Source: Candidatus Hydrogenedentota bacterium (GTDB lineage Bacteria > Hydrogenedentota > Hydrogenedentia > Hydrogenedentales > SLHB01). From it: a DNA stretch of 64,000 bases. The position numbers were made by a program, and so were the translations under genes. Within the stretch, counting starts at the first letter, position 1. The number at the start of each line of letters is the position of its first letter. Shown here piece after piece: positions 8,332 through 16,891 of this stretch. The stretch is taken from positions 97,916 through 161,915 of the forward strand of contig JADLHJ010000054.1 in the NCBI GenBank assembly GCA_020848835.1. The letters are read 5' to 3'. The notes beneath the pieces were generated by a model that worked only from the letters and a program-made list of their open reading frames with translations, searched no databases and was not told the DNA's origin.

Positions 8332-10833
8332 TTAACGACATTCCGCGGAAAGACTCCGTGAAAGTTCCTCATCGTATTCCTGTCCCTTGGAGTCAACGAC
8401 CGGTTCGTTGGCGATATGGCACACATGGAAGGGGGCAGCTAGACGCGTCGGATATGGATTCAATGCCCAAAAGCGCGCGATGCCGCGCTCACCCTGTGAC
8501 ACCAGCATTCGGCCATCCTCGGTACAGGCAATAGGCGCGCGAGCTCGGATTATCCGCAGACATTGGCCCGTACTTGCCCTCCAGATTCTAGTCTTACCGT
8601 CTACATGTGCCGAAAAGACGAGGCGCCCCCCCTGCCCCAAACACACGAACACTACTTCACTATCGTGAGCACGAAAGGCTCGGATAAGTGTTCTCCTCTC
8701 CATGTCCCAAAGCGACACGTCGCGGCCGCCCCCAGTAACAACGAGCGGACTGTCATTGGAGACGGCCATCGAAACAATCCGACGCTTATGCGGCTCCCCC
8801 ACATTCACACAGTTGCCGGTGTTGACTTCCCACAGTCGAAGTTCTCCATCGTCTCCTCCGGAAAGTGCATACTTGCCATTCTGACTTATCGCGACGGTTC
8901 TGACCATTCCCTCATGACCGCAGAGCACACGGAGACACGTGCCGTACTTTGTGTCCCAGACTCGGACCGATCCATCTGCACTTCCGGTAACGGCAAGGAA
9001 GCCTTCTCCATTCAACGCTATTGACAGAACTTCGCCAGTGTGGCCACTCAGAACCTGGCGACACTTACCTGTGTGAATTCCCCACACCCGCGCCGTATTG
9101 TCTGCGCAAGCGGAAATAAGCGTCTGGCCATCTTTGCTCAAGCACAAAGAGCGAATCACTCCGCAATGTCCATCGAGCACGGAAATGCACGATCCGCTGC
9201 CTGCTTCCCAAACACAGATTTCACCATCAGAACTACCTGTCACATACCGTTGACCCTGATCATCCAAAGCGACTGCATGAATTGATCGATTGTGGGCGAT
9301 GGTTTCCTTGATCAATCGCGTGTCATTCTGTAAATGGTACCTAGCGAGTGCGGTGGCGAAGGAAATCTCTCTTCGATGTGCACCCAACCGTATGGCCTCC
9401 AAAACTTCGAGCGCGCCATGACAGTTTCCCGCCTCAATATAAAATCGCGCCAAAAAAAGCGCGTCCAGCCAGTTGGCTGTTTGCTTTTGGCATGCATCCC
9501 AGAGTTTTCCCCGCGTCTCACCGTATGAATCCATGCCTTTGTGCCAACGATATAGGGCCATGTTATTCATTGAGGCCTGATGGTCAGGTGTCATTGCCAA
9601 GGCCTCATTCCATAGTTCAACCGCCCTCTGGTCCTTGCCGATATCAAGGAAAGAGATCGCGCGATTATTAAGCGCTTCACCCGACGTCGCTGTAATTTGT
9701 GGATAGTTCCTCGGGTAGGGTTCTCCAACCACCTCCTCGTATGCCCCAATCAATACTTCGGAGATATCGAGCATCGACGCTGGGCGCTCCTCCGGTTCTA
9801 TGCGAAGACAAGTCTGTAGCAACGACGCAACCGTATTGGGCATCTTGGGAAGCGTTTTGTACCGAGAGCCATTTTGAATCAGGTCTTCAAGCGCGCTGTT
9901 AGCCTCTGTTCCATTCGCCCAAAAGATTTCCCCTGCAAACATCTCCATAATCGATACGGCCCAACTCCACACATCCGTCTTGTATGTGACGTCGCCAAAT
10001 CGTTCGAGATCCGGAGAACTGTACACGAGAGTTCCGCCTTTTGGTCCGCGCGCGTGGGGAGCGTTGCCGCTTTCGGACGAAGATACTTCCGTATAGTCTG
10101 GAGCATGTACGCGGGCCAAACTGAAATCTGTCACCTTTACACAACCGTCGCCACTAACGATCACGTTGCTGCATTTAACGTCTTGGTGAACGACGCCCGC
10201 ACAATGTGCATGGTACAGCCCCCAGGCAAACTGAATCGCAATATCGAGTATACGGCGAAGGGTTTCATCTTGAGAGTCGTCGTAGAGGCCTTTGCGGTGA
10301 ATGAGGTGCCAAAGATCGGAACCATCCACGTACTCCAAAAATACGCGCGGCACACCGCCTAATTGGCGCACGTAGTAGCAACTCACAGTATTCGGATGAG
10401 TGCTAAGGTTTACCCACGTTTCACACTCGTGTTGAAAGCTCCCCAGCCATCCAGCATATCGCAGGAGTTCGGCACGTGGGCTCTTAACTGCCAGCAGCTC
10501 TCCCCACCCCCGATGGTAAACCTCGTATACTACTCCACATCCACCCTCGCCGATTACGTCGCGAACCTCGTACAACTCCATGATTAAGTCCCCCTTCTTC
10601 CAAATCACGGGGACTGACGCTTCGTCAAAGATTCGGAATTTTCGCAAGTCTGCCAGGCTGATCTTCGGCGTGACATTGTCTGACGTGACATAGACGGGGG
10701 CTTGGCACTCGGTGCAGCGGCACATGCGGCCAAAGTGGTGTCGGTATGCGCGCATGCGATTACCGCATTGGCACGTGACAGAATACCGCGTCGATTTCGG
10801 CCGTTCATCGGCCTTGGTTATTCGCGAAGGCAC
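8332..10833 (-). CDS. Zn-ribbon / Ser-Thr kinase / TPR / WD40-repeat protein
   Basis: CQCG..CTEC; GEGGCG, AVK, HQDVKCSN, TDFSLA; about 7 GH...WD-like repeats at the C-terminus. Confidence 0.88.
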   Translation of the reverse strand: MPSRITKADERPKSTRYSVTCQCGNRMRAYRHHFGRMCRCTECQAPVYVTSDNVTPKISLADLRKFRIFDEASVPVIWKKGDLIMELYEVRDVIGEGGCGVVYEVYHRGWGELLAVKSPRAELLRYAGWLGSFQHECETWVNLSTHPNTVSCYYVRQLGGVPRVFLEYVDGSDLWHLIHRKGLYDDSQDETLRRILDIAIQFAWGLYHAHCAGVVHQDVKCSNVIVSGDGCVKVTDFSLARVHAPDYTEVSSSESGNAPHARGPKGGTLVYSSPDLERFGDVTYKTDVWSWAVSIMEMFAGEIFWANGTEANSALEDLIQNGSRYKTLPKMPNTVASLLQTCLRIEPEERPASMLDISEVLIGAYEEVVGEPYPRNYPQITATSGEALNNRAISFLDIGKDQRAVELWNEALAMTPDHQASMNNMALYRWHKGMDSYGETRGKLWDACQKQTANWLDALFLARFYIEAGNCHGALEVLEAIRLGAHRREISFATALARYHLQNDTRLIKETIAHNRSIHAVALDDQGQRYVTGSSDGEICVWEAGSGSCISVLDGHCGVIRSLCLSKDGQTLISACADNTARVWGIHTGKCRQVLSGHTGEVLSIALNGEGFLAVTGSADGSVRVWDTKYGTCLRVLCGHEGMVRTVAISQNGKYALSGGDDGELRLWEVNTGNCVNVGEPHKRRIVSMAVSNDSPLVVTGGGRDVSLWDMERRTLIRAFRAHDSEVVFVCLGQGGRLVFSAHVDGKTRIWRASTGQCLRIIRARAPIACTEDGRMLVSQGERGIARFWALNPYPTRLAAPFHVCHIANEPVVDSKGQEYDEELSRSLSAECR

Positions 10834-11036
10834 GAGCTAACTCCAAGCACCAGAATTTGAAGCAAGCCCGCTTCGACAACTGACACCTTCACCAGAAATC
10901 TGTTCTATGTACGCTAGGATATAAACGCTGGAGGGCGCTGTCAATCACGCGGTTTTACGAACTTAGCTGCGTAGTGTTTGAGCGCCCTCCAGACGATTGA
11001 GCACGACAATGCGGCGCGCGATACCACCCCAGCTAA

Positions 11037-12224
11037 TCACGCCACGCCGATCAACATCTGCTCTTCCGTCACAGAATCACAGGTATCAAGCAAATGGGTA
11101 AGCCGGTCGCGGATGTCCCGAATCGCTGCTACCCCCTCGTCGTGCTTAGGCTTGCGCTTGACCCATCGCAGAAAACACCGGCGCAAGTCGAAACTAATGT
11201 TCATAAATTCGTCATTGAATGTTGTTTGATCAGGCATGATCCGTTTAAATGCAATCATGCGCAGATCATAGGAGAGTTCTTCCAAGTTACGCCGATGAAA
11301 GTGGCGATTCTGCAGTTGGTCCATGTGCCAATCCAAGGCTTGGGATACCGCCGCGATTCGTTCAAGCAATTCGGCTCGGTAGCTTGGGTCGACTGCAAAA
11401 TGATGCCGTTCGGTGATCGTTAACACAGTCGTCATAGCGGATGAAACGTGTTCTCTGATCCTGGGCAAGTTTTCTTCGGTGACGGGAATGTTGGCCGCTC
11501 TTTCCAGCGAATGGGCGATACAGATTGCTCGCGCCCACATGTCGTCGGAGTCGAATGTCGTGCGCATGAGTTCTGGCAGACTCTGTGCTTGGACGTACAT
11601 ATTCTGAACTACGTTGGCAAGTTCGTCGATTCCGAACCATTCTTCGAATTCTGTCCCCAATAGCCAGATTCTGGAGAGTATGCGATGAATATCGAATACT
11701 CGCCGCTTCTGTTCCTCTTCCGATATGCCAAGACAATGGCCTATTGCATCGGCCAGATCGTCAACCAGCTGCTCCTTGGCCGAGGACTTGTCCTCGCCGA
11801 CGGTAAGGTCGTATTTCAACATTCGCCTAAGACGGAGTTCCACCGGCAACTCCTTCACATCTCCGTAGGCCGTATTAATGATGCCAATAACCGAGTCCGC
11901 GCCGATCAATCCCCATGCGCAGCCAACTTCGAAACTAACAGAAGGGTTGCATGCAGGCCACTCCCCGGGACGCCTCGTGGCCTTTGGGTTTACGATCGTA
12001 AGATCCGCGACGATGATCGCGGAGCCGGCCAGCTTATCCAACACTGACTTGCTTATGCCTGCCGAACCGTTAGCGCCGTTCGTGTCTCGGTGAACCACCG
12101 TATTGGCCAAGTCTTCGCGGTTCAGCTTTCGAATCGCCAGTCGCAGGCAATCGTCGATGAAGCTTCTGTTGAATCGGTCGTCGCTGTCCAATTGCCATGA
12201 ATAGAAGACGGTCCGACTTGTCAT
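11037..12224 (-). CDS. protein with N-terminal TIR-like / nucleoside-deoxyribosyltransferase-like domain
   Basis: VFYSWQ...RDT.G..GS..I...VADLT...NPSVSFEVGCA...LPVELR pattern; helical C-terminal region; ATG 12224 after GGAGG (track start 12353). Confidence 0.6.
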   Translation of the reverse strand: MTSRTVFYSWQLDSDDRFNRSFIDDCLRLAIRKLNREDLANTVVHRDTNGANGSAGISKSVLDKLAGSAIIVADLTIVNPKATRRPGEWPACNPSVSFEVGCAWGLIGADSVIGIINTAYGDVKELPVELRLRRMLKYDLTVGEDKSSAKEQLVDDLADAIGHCLGISEEEQKRRVFDIHRILSRIWLLGTEFEEWFGIDELANVVQNMYVQAQSLPELMRTTFDSDDMWARAICIAHSLERAANIPVTEENLPRIREHVSSAMTTVLTITERHHFAVDPSYRAELLERIAAVSQALDWHMDQLQNRHFHRRNLEELSYDLRMIAFKRIMPDQTTFNDEFMNISFDLRRCFLRWVKRKPKHDEGVAAIRDIRDRLTHLLDTCDSVTEEQMLIGVA

Positions 12225-12718
12225 TTGAGCTGGCCCTCCAAAGGGATGTATCGCCGCAACCGCCACCGCACCAATGCTGGCGCCCCGACAACATCCGCGT
12301 TTGATACTACCGCCCAAGTTCACATCGATAGCTTTTGCTAACTGCACCACCATCCGTCCGGCGACCGCAGAGAATAATCAAGTCGAGTTGTAAAACATCT
12401 TGTCCCCCAGCGCCGTGATTGGGGTCCGTGTTACGGAAGAGGCACATTAAAATCGTGGACGTTGTTCAAGTAGTGCAGCACTCTCTACAAGTAATTGTGT
12501 AGTCATAGATGATTTCTTGTCAAGATGTAAAAGATTTTGCACGAACAGGTCATTCTCACACATGCTTAAAAAGAATTTTATTCGCTCGCCGATGGAATCC
12601 ACTGTTCACCAGCCGCTGCACTTAGGTTCTCTAAAGGATGGTGACGGGAAGTGCGATCGGCCACGTCGCCTGGATGTTGACTGTCTTGCCATCTCCCCAA
12701 GTCTCGGCGATGGCGAAT

Positions 12719-13075
12719 TCAAGCGCCGGCGAGTGCATCTGCAAAGCCTTGGATACTCACCGGCCAACCGGAGGCTCGAAGCTTGACAACCTGGGCGCGG
12801 CTAAGTCGGGCGACAAACGACCAGACCGGCGCAACGACAACATATGGCTCCGCTCCCCCAACGGTCTCCACAACGTACCAAGGCACATAAACGTTGTCGC
12901 GAGGGATCTCTACGTAATCGGCGGCGCGCTTAAACACCACCGCATACCCTAATCGATACGTATTATTCTCTCCGCCTTCAACCATGAGGACATAGTCCCC
13001 CGGATTAAGGTCGGTCAGCCATGCGCCTGCCATTGGGAATGCAGTCGCGATTGGCCCCTTTCCAATGGCTGCCAT
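12719..13075 (-). CDS. hypothetical protein, possibly a fragment
   Basis: 118-aa ORF with protein-like composition; no family recognised. Confidence 0.35.
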   Translation of the reverse strand: MAAIGKGPIATAFPMAGAWLTDLNPGDYVLMVEGGENNTYRLGYAVVFKRAADYVEIPRDNVYVPWYVVETVGGAEPYVVVAPVWSFVARLSRAQVVKLRASGWPVSIQGFADALAGA

Positions 13076-13569
13076 ACAAGACCCCCTACGTAAGGCAGCC
13101 CGCGCCTTCCCGTTGTCGAGCAGTAGTCTGGATCGATGTAAGGCGATGTGTCAAGGGAAAACTCTTGCCACCTGCTGGCAGCATCGTAATTGTCGTGACA
13201 GCGCGTTCTCCTGGCGGACCCGTTCCGATTACTTCTGCGCGCGACAAGCGATAATTTGAGATTTGCTGTCAGAAGTCAACGGGGCGTGGCTGCCCCCCTC
13301 GAATGTTGCGTTCTCCAAAATGATTTTTGGCATGCAACCGTGGCGATGGGAGTTCTCGGGCTCTTTTGTTAATCGATTATATATAGGGTTAACTAAATTT
13401 GTAATATTCCGGGTTCCTTAAATAATTAAGAGTGGAAATATAAATTGCTTGTCACACGTGATTAAGTTTCGACAGATGAGTTCCCTGTACTTTCACAGGA
13501 ATTGCGTTTGTCTCTAATAATATCACGCTAAGCATGAAGTTGTTGCGGGATCTTCGGATTAAAACTGAA

Positions 13570-13585
13570 AGGCACAAATATTGCT
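13570..13585 (+). promoter_or_regulatory. sigma-54 -24/-12 promoter of PEP-CTERM gene 4
   Basis: AGGCACAAATATTGCT with exact GG-N10-GC spacing in an AT-rich intergenic region. Confidence 0.65.
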
Positions 13586-13821
13586 TAAAACTACCTAGTG
13601 GGTTGTGTCAAGTATTGGTGCATTTATCAGAACGACTGAATGACAGCAATTCAGTAACACTGTGAAAAACCTGTTTTTCTTGACCAATGTCACTTGAGTT
13701 ATTCGTGCACTGCGGAGGCCAACGTTACCTTTCGTTGAATTAAAGCGTGCACGCAGCGTAGTGCGGAACGGCTTGGTAAGTCGGGATTGGCTGCTGGGAG
13801 CGAGCGGCCGATTCGTGGGCG

Positions 13822-13843
13822 GGGTTTGGCCCATGCCGAACCC
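13822..13843 (+). promoter_or_regulatory. 5'-UTR hairpin abutting the RBS (variant copy 3)
   Basis: GGGTTTGGC-CCAT-GCCGAACCC followed by TGGAAAGGA; shares the GTTTGsC/GsCGAAC stem with copies 1-2. Confidence 0.5.
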
Positions 13844-13860
13844 TGGAAAGGAAGCCGAGC

Positions 13861-14769
13861 ATGTTGGTTCAAAAGAAGGGATGCGGTTACGGAAGAATTG
13901 TGACCTGCATCACAGTAATCCTGCTGGCCGCAGCGCCGGTCGCATTCGGGAACTCCCTCGCAGTCGCAACCGACCGATTTTCGTACGAAGGGTCCGTGAC
14001 GGTTTTTGCGTCACTCGCAGATTACTCGACCAACACGGGCGGGACCCTGTACGCGATTCCAAGTTTCACAGATGGAAGCACAACATATGATGGCAGAGAT
14101 CTCGGATTATTTGTTGTGCAAGACTATGCCAATTACTATACCGACGCGAACATTTTCCTGACGGCATGGTACTACACGACAAGCCCGAACGGTGCCGGTT
14201 GGGGAAATCCAAATAACACGAATACGGGCTTCGTCCAGGTGTACGATGCGGACTCGAGTACCGATACCTCGCTGACCGGTGGCTGGACTTCCCTGGATCA
14301 ATTTGTCTTGTCACTCACGGGTGTGAATGCCGACTACGCGAACGATTCCGCCCGATTCTGGCCTGCGCCGGCGGTCGGTGGTGCGGGCAGCCTCTCGGAT
14401 GGCACCTTCCTTAACTATGAACTCAGCCTAACTGCCAACTTTGCCAACTCAGCGACACTCAACGGAGATGGGTTATACGAACTCAATGAGGACCCCACCA
14501 GCGTGGCTGGCACTCTTAGCGGCGTATTTGTCAACCCCGACGATGGGCGTGTCTTCGTTTTTGATTACACGTTAAGCATGGACAGTTGGGTGTATGATCA
14601 GGATTTGGCAAGTTCACTTCAGGGGCCCTACCCGTACGTCGAAAGCTACTTTGCTGGAGAGTTGCTCGCTCCTGTCCCGGAGCCTGCGACGGTCACGCTG
14701 ATGGGTCTAGGTCTTGCCGGGATTGCAGCCGCTCGGGGCATTCGATCCCGGTTTGCGTCGAAGAAGTAG
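13861..14769 (+). CDS. PEP-CTERM sorting domain protein 4
   Basis: Signal ILLAAAPVAFG; C-terminus APVPEPATVTLMGLGLAGIAAARGIRSRFASKK. Confidence 0.92.
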   Translation: MLVQKKGCGYGRIVTCITVILLAAAPVAFGNSLAVATDRFSYEGSVTVFASLADYSTNTGGTLYAIPSFTDGSTTYDGRDLGLFVVQDYANYYTDANIFLTAWYYTTSPNGAGWGNPNNTNTGFVQVYDADSSTDTSLTGGWTSLDQFVLSLTGVNADYANDSARFWPAPAVGGAGSLSDGTFLNYELSLTANFANSATLNGDGLYELNEDPTSVAGTLSGVFVNPDDGRVFVFDYTLSMDSWVYDQDLASSLQGPYPYVESYFAGELLAPVPEPATVTLMGLGLAGIAAARGIRSRFASKK

Positions 14770-14785
14770 TTTACCTCCTTACTCT

Positions 14786-14830
14786 GGAGCCTGCCATTTC
14801 GCGTTGAAATGGCGGGCTCCTGTATGTTTA
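14786..14830 (+). terminator. terminator-like hairpin (paralogous to 6229)
   Basis: GGAGCCTGCCATTTC/GAAATGGCGGGCTCC stem with a weak U-tract; may allow read-through. Confidence 0.6.
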
Positions 14831-14836
14831 TGGGTA

Positions 14837-16057
14837 ATGCCGACCGACCAAGAACCAAAATCGGGTGACCTAGTATCGGCTGCGCCGGATTCGGTAACCG
14901 CACCGAAACCGCGCTGGGGCTTTGGAACCCGCATCTTGCTGCTTTCTCTTCCGACCCTCGTTACGCTTGCTATCGGATTGTGTAGCGCCGAGTGGTTCAC
15001 CCGGGACCGCGCGCTGGAGATCATGGGAAGCGACGCACTCGATCCCGGCCTGACCGTCCACGACGAAACCCTCGGCTGGCGGCTGGCCCCGCTCTGGTCG
15101 GGCCACCACCTTCACTACGATTACTCGGCGACCTACCACACATCTCGCCTCGGCTTTCGCAACGATTCGCCGGATCTGACAGTGGTGCGTCACCCGTGGT
15201 ATGCCGTGCTCGGTGACAGTTTCGTATTTGGGTTTGGCGTAAATGATGACCAGACTTTTGTTCATATCCTCAACGAACCGGAAACGCCAGCGCGGTCGTA
15301 CGTGAACTTCGGTGTACCGGGTTATAGCACAGACCAGCAATTGCTCCTGCTGGAAAGACAAGTGCTCGACTTCAAACCCGATGGTGTACTTTTTTTTGTG
15401 TACCTTGGGAACGACCTCTTTGACAATATGCGCCTCTACCCCATGCAAGCGCGGCGTGCAAAACCATATTTTGCGCTGTCCGGTAGTGAATTGGACTTGA
15501 GAAATACCCCGGTGCCACAAGCGCCATCCCCCACTCCTGATGCACGTTTAGAACTGCGCAAAACAGTACTGGGAGAAAGTTCTCCAACTGCAATTGACCA
15601 AGTGGTCGCACGCTCCGTTCTCCTCGCCGGCGTTTGGGAGCGATATAGCGGTATGGACCTATCCACTTCCGATATGCGCAGTCGATTTACTCCGGCCATC
15701 GAGCTCTTCAAACGGATTGCTGATCGTGCCCAGCACGTTGCAGTGCAGCGCGGCGCCTCCTTCACAGTCGTGGTTCTGGCGGGTCGCTCGTTTGTCGAAA
15801 CACCGAGAAGCATGTCGGCAACATATCAGCAGTACCTACGCGAAGAAATACTTGCGTGGGCCGACAAATCTCACGTCGGGGTTGTGGATCTGGCAGGCGA
15901 ATTACGAGAGGCATATGCGGATCGGAAAGAAAGTTGGTATTACAGGAACGACGGACATCTGAATCCCGAAGGGCATGCGAAAGTGGCTTCGATCCTTGCC
16001 GACAAACTGGATCAAACGACCGAACGCTTATCTATGCCCCCGCCTTCGGCGCGCTGA
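14837..16057 (+). CDS. membrane-anchored SGNH/GDSL hydrolase (AlgX/AlgJ-like, candidate O-acyl modification)
   Basis: N-terminal TM; blocks LGDSF, NFGVPGY, YLGND, NDGHLN; start 14837 chosen because the track start 14714 overlaps gene 4. Confidence 0.85.
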   Translation: MPTDQEPKSGDLVSAAPDSVTAPKPRWGFGTRILLLSLPTLVTLAIGLCSAEWFTRDRALEIMGSDALDPGLTVHDETLGWRLAPLWSGHHLHYDYSATYHTSRLGFRNDSPDLTVVRHPWYAVLGDSFVFGFGVNDDQTFVHILNEPETPARSYVNFGVPGYSTDQQLLLLERQVLDFKPDGVLFFVYLGNDLFDNMRLYPMQARRAKPYFALSGSELDLRNTPVPQAPSPTPDARLELRKTVLGESSPTAIDQVVARSVLLAGVWERYSGMDLSTSDMRSRFTPAIELFKRIADRAQHVAVQRGASFTVVVLAGRSFVETPRSMSATYQQYLREEILAWADKSHVGVVDLAGELREAYADRKESWYYRNDGHLNPEGHAKVASILADKLDQTTERLSMPPPSAR

Positions 16058-16236
16058 TCAAATGGTGGTCATTTATGCATAAGCATAAGGCAATAATAGC
16101 TCGATGGGCACTGCATTTGAAGTGCAAGAACCCTTGGAATTGCACGGCTTAGACTCTGCGTGCAATGAAACCGTGGCAATTATTGAACATTGGTATATGA
16201 CTTGCAATAAATCTTTCCAACTGAGACGGTTATAGC

Positions 16237-16800
16237 ATGTACACAAATGGTGAGTGGCATCCGGGAATCAACGATCCGACAGTATTTGGATGGGTCATTG
16301 CGGCGGAATACGTGATAGGCGCGGCCGTTTGCGGCATAAACGCCGGCCAGGCGGTCCATGCGGCATCACGCCGCTTCTGGATTACGCTTTCCGGGGTGAT
16401 GCTATTGCTTGGCATCAACAAGCAACTCGACTTTCAGACATTTGTCTGGCTTGAGGGACGCAAGATTGCGCGGTATCAGGGTTGGTACGAGGATCGGATC
16501 TGGGCACAGGGCGCGTTATCGATTGCGATAGCGTTATCTGGTATCGTGTTTATCTACCTATTGGTGCGGTTAAGCCGGTACGAGCGCATTGAGGCAAGGG
16601 TGACGATGCTGGGCATGGTGCTGCTGTGCGTTTTTGTACTGGTTCGCTCAATTAGCTATCATCCTGTGGACGTTTTTTTTGGGACGGTGTACGGAGGTTG
16701 GAAACTGCATCGCATCATTGAGATGGCTGGGGTGTGTACCGTTCTCGTCTCGGCCCTAATATCGTTGGCACGAACAAGATTTCGGGCACCGCGGACGTAG
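16237..16800 (+). CDS. conserved integral membrane protein
   Basis: WHPGINDPT..GW and LLLGINKQLDFQT motifs; about 5 TM helices; function unknown. Confidence 0.75.
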   Translation: MYTNGEWHPGINDPTVFGWVIAAEYVIGAAVCGINAGQAVHAASRRFWITLSGVMLLLGINKQLDFQTFVWLEGRKIARYQGWYEDRIWAQGALSIAIALSGIVFIYLLVRLSRYERIEARVTMLGMVLLCVFVLVRSISYHPVDVFFGTVYGGWKLHRIIEMAGVCTVLVSALISLARTRFRAPRT

Positions 16801-16891
16801 TTTGTAATAGACCGCTCAACAGTTACAAGTGAAGTCTGAGACGGATTACCCTTTTCAGGCGGGAAAAGCAGGTGTACCAAACTGAGTCTTC

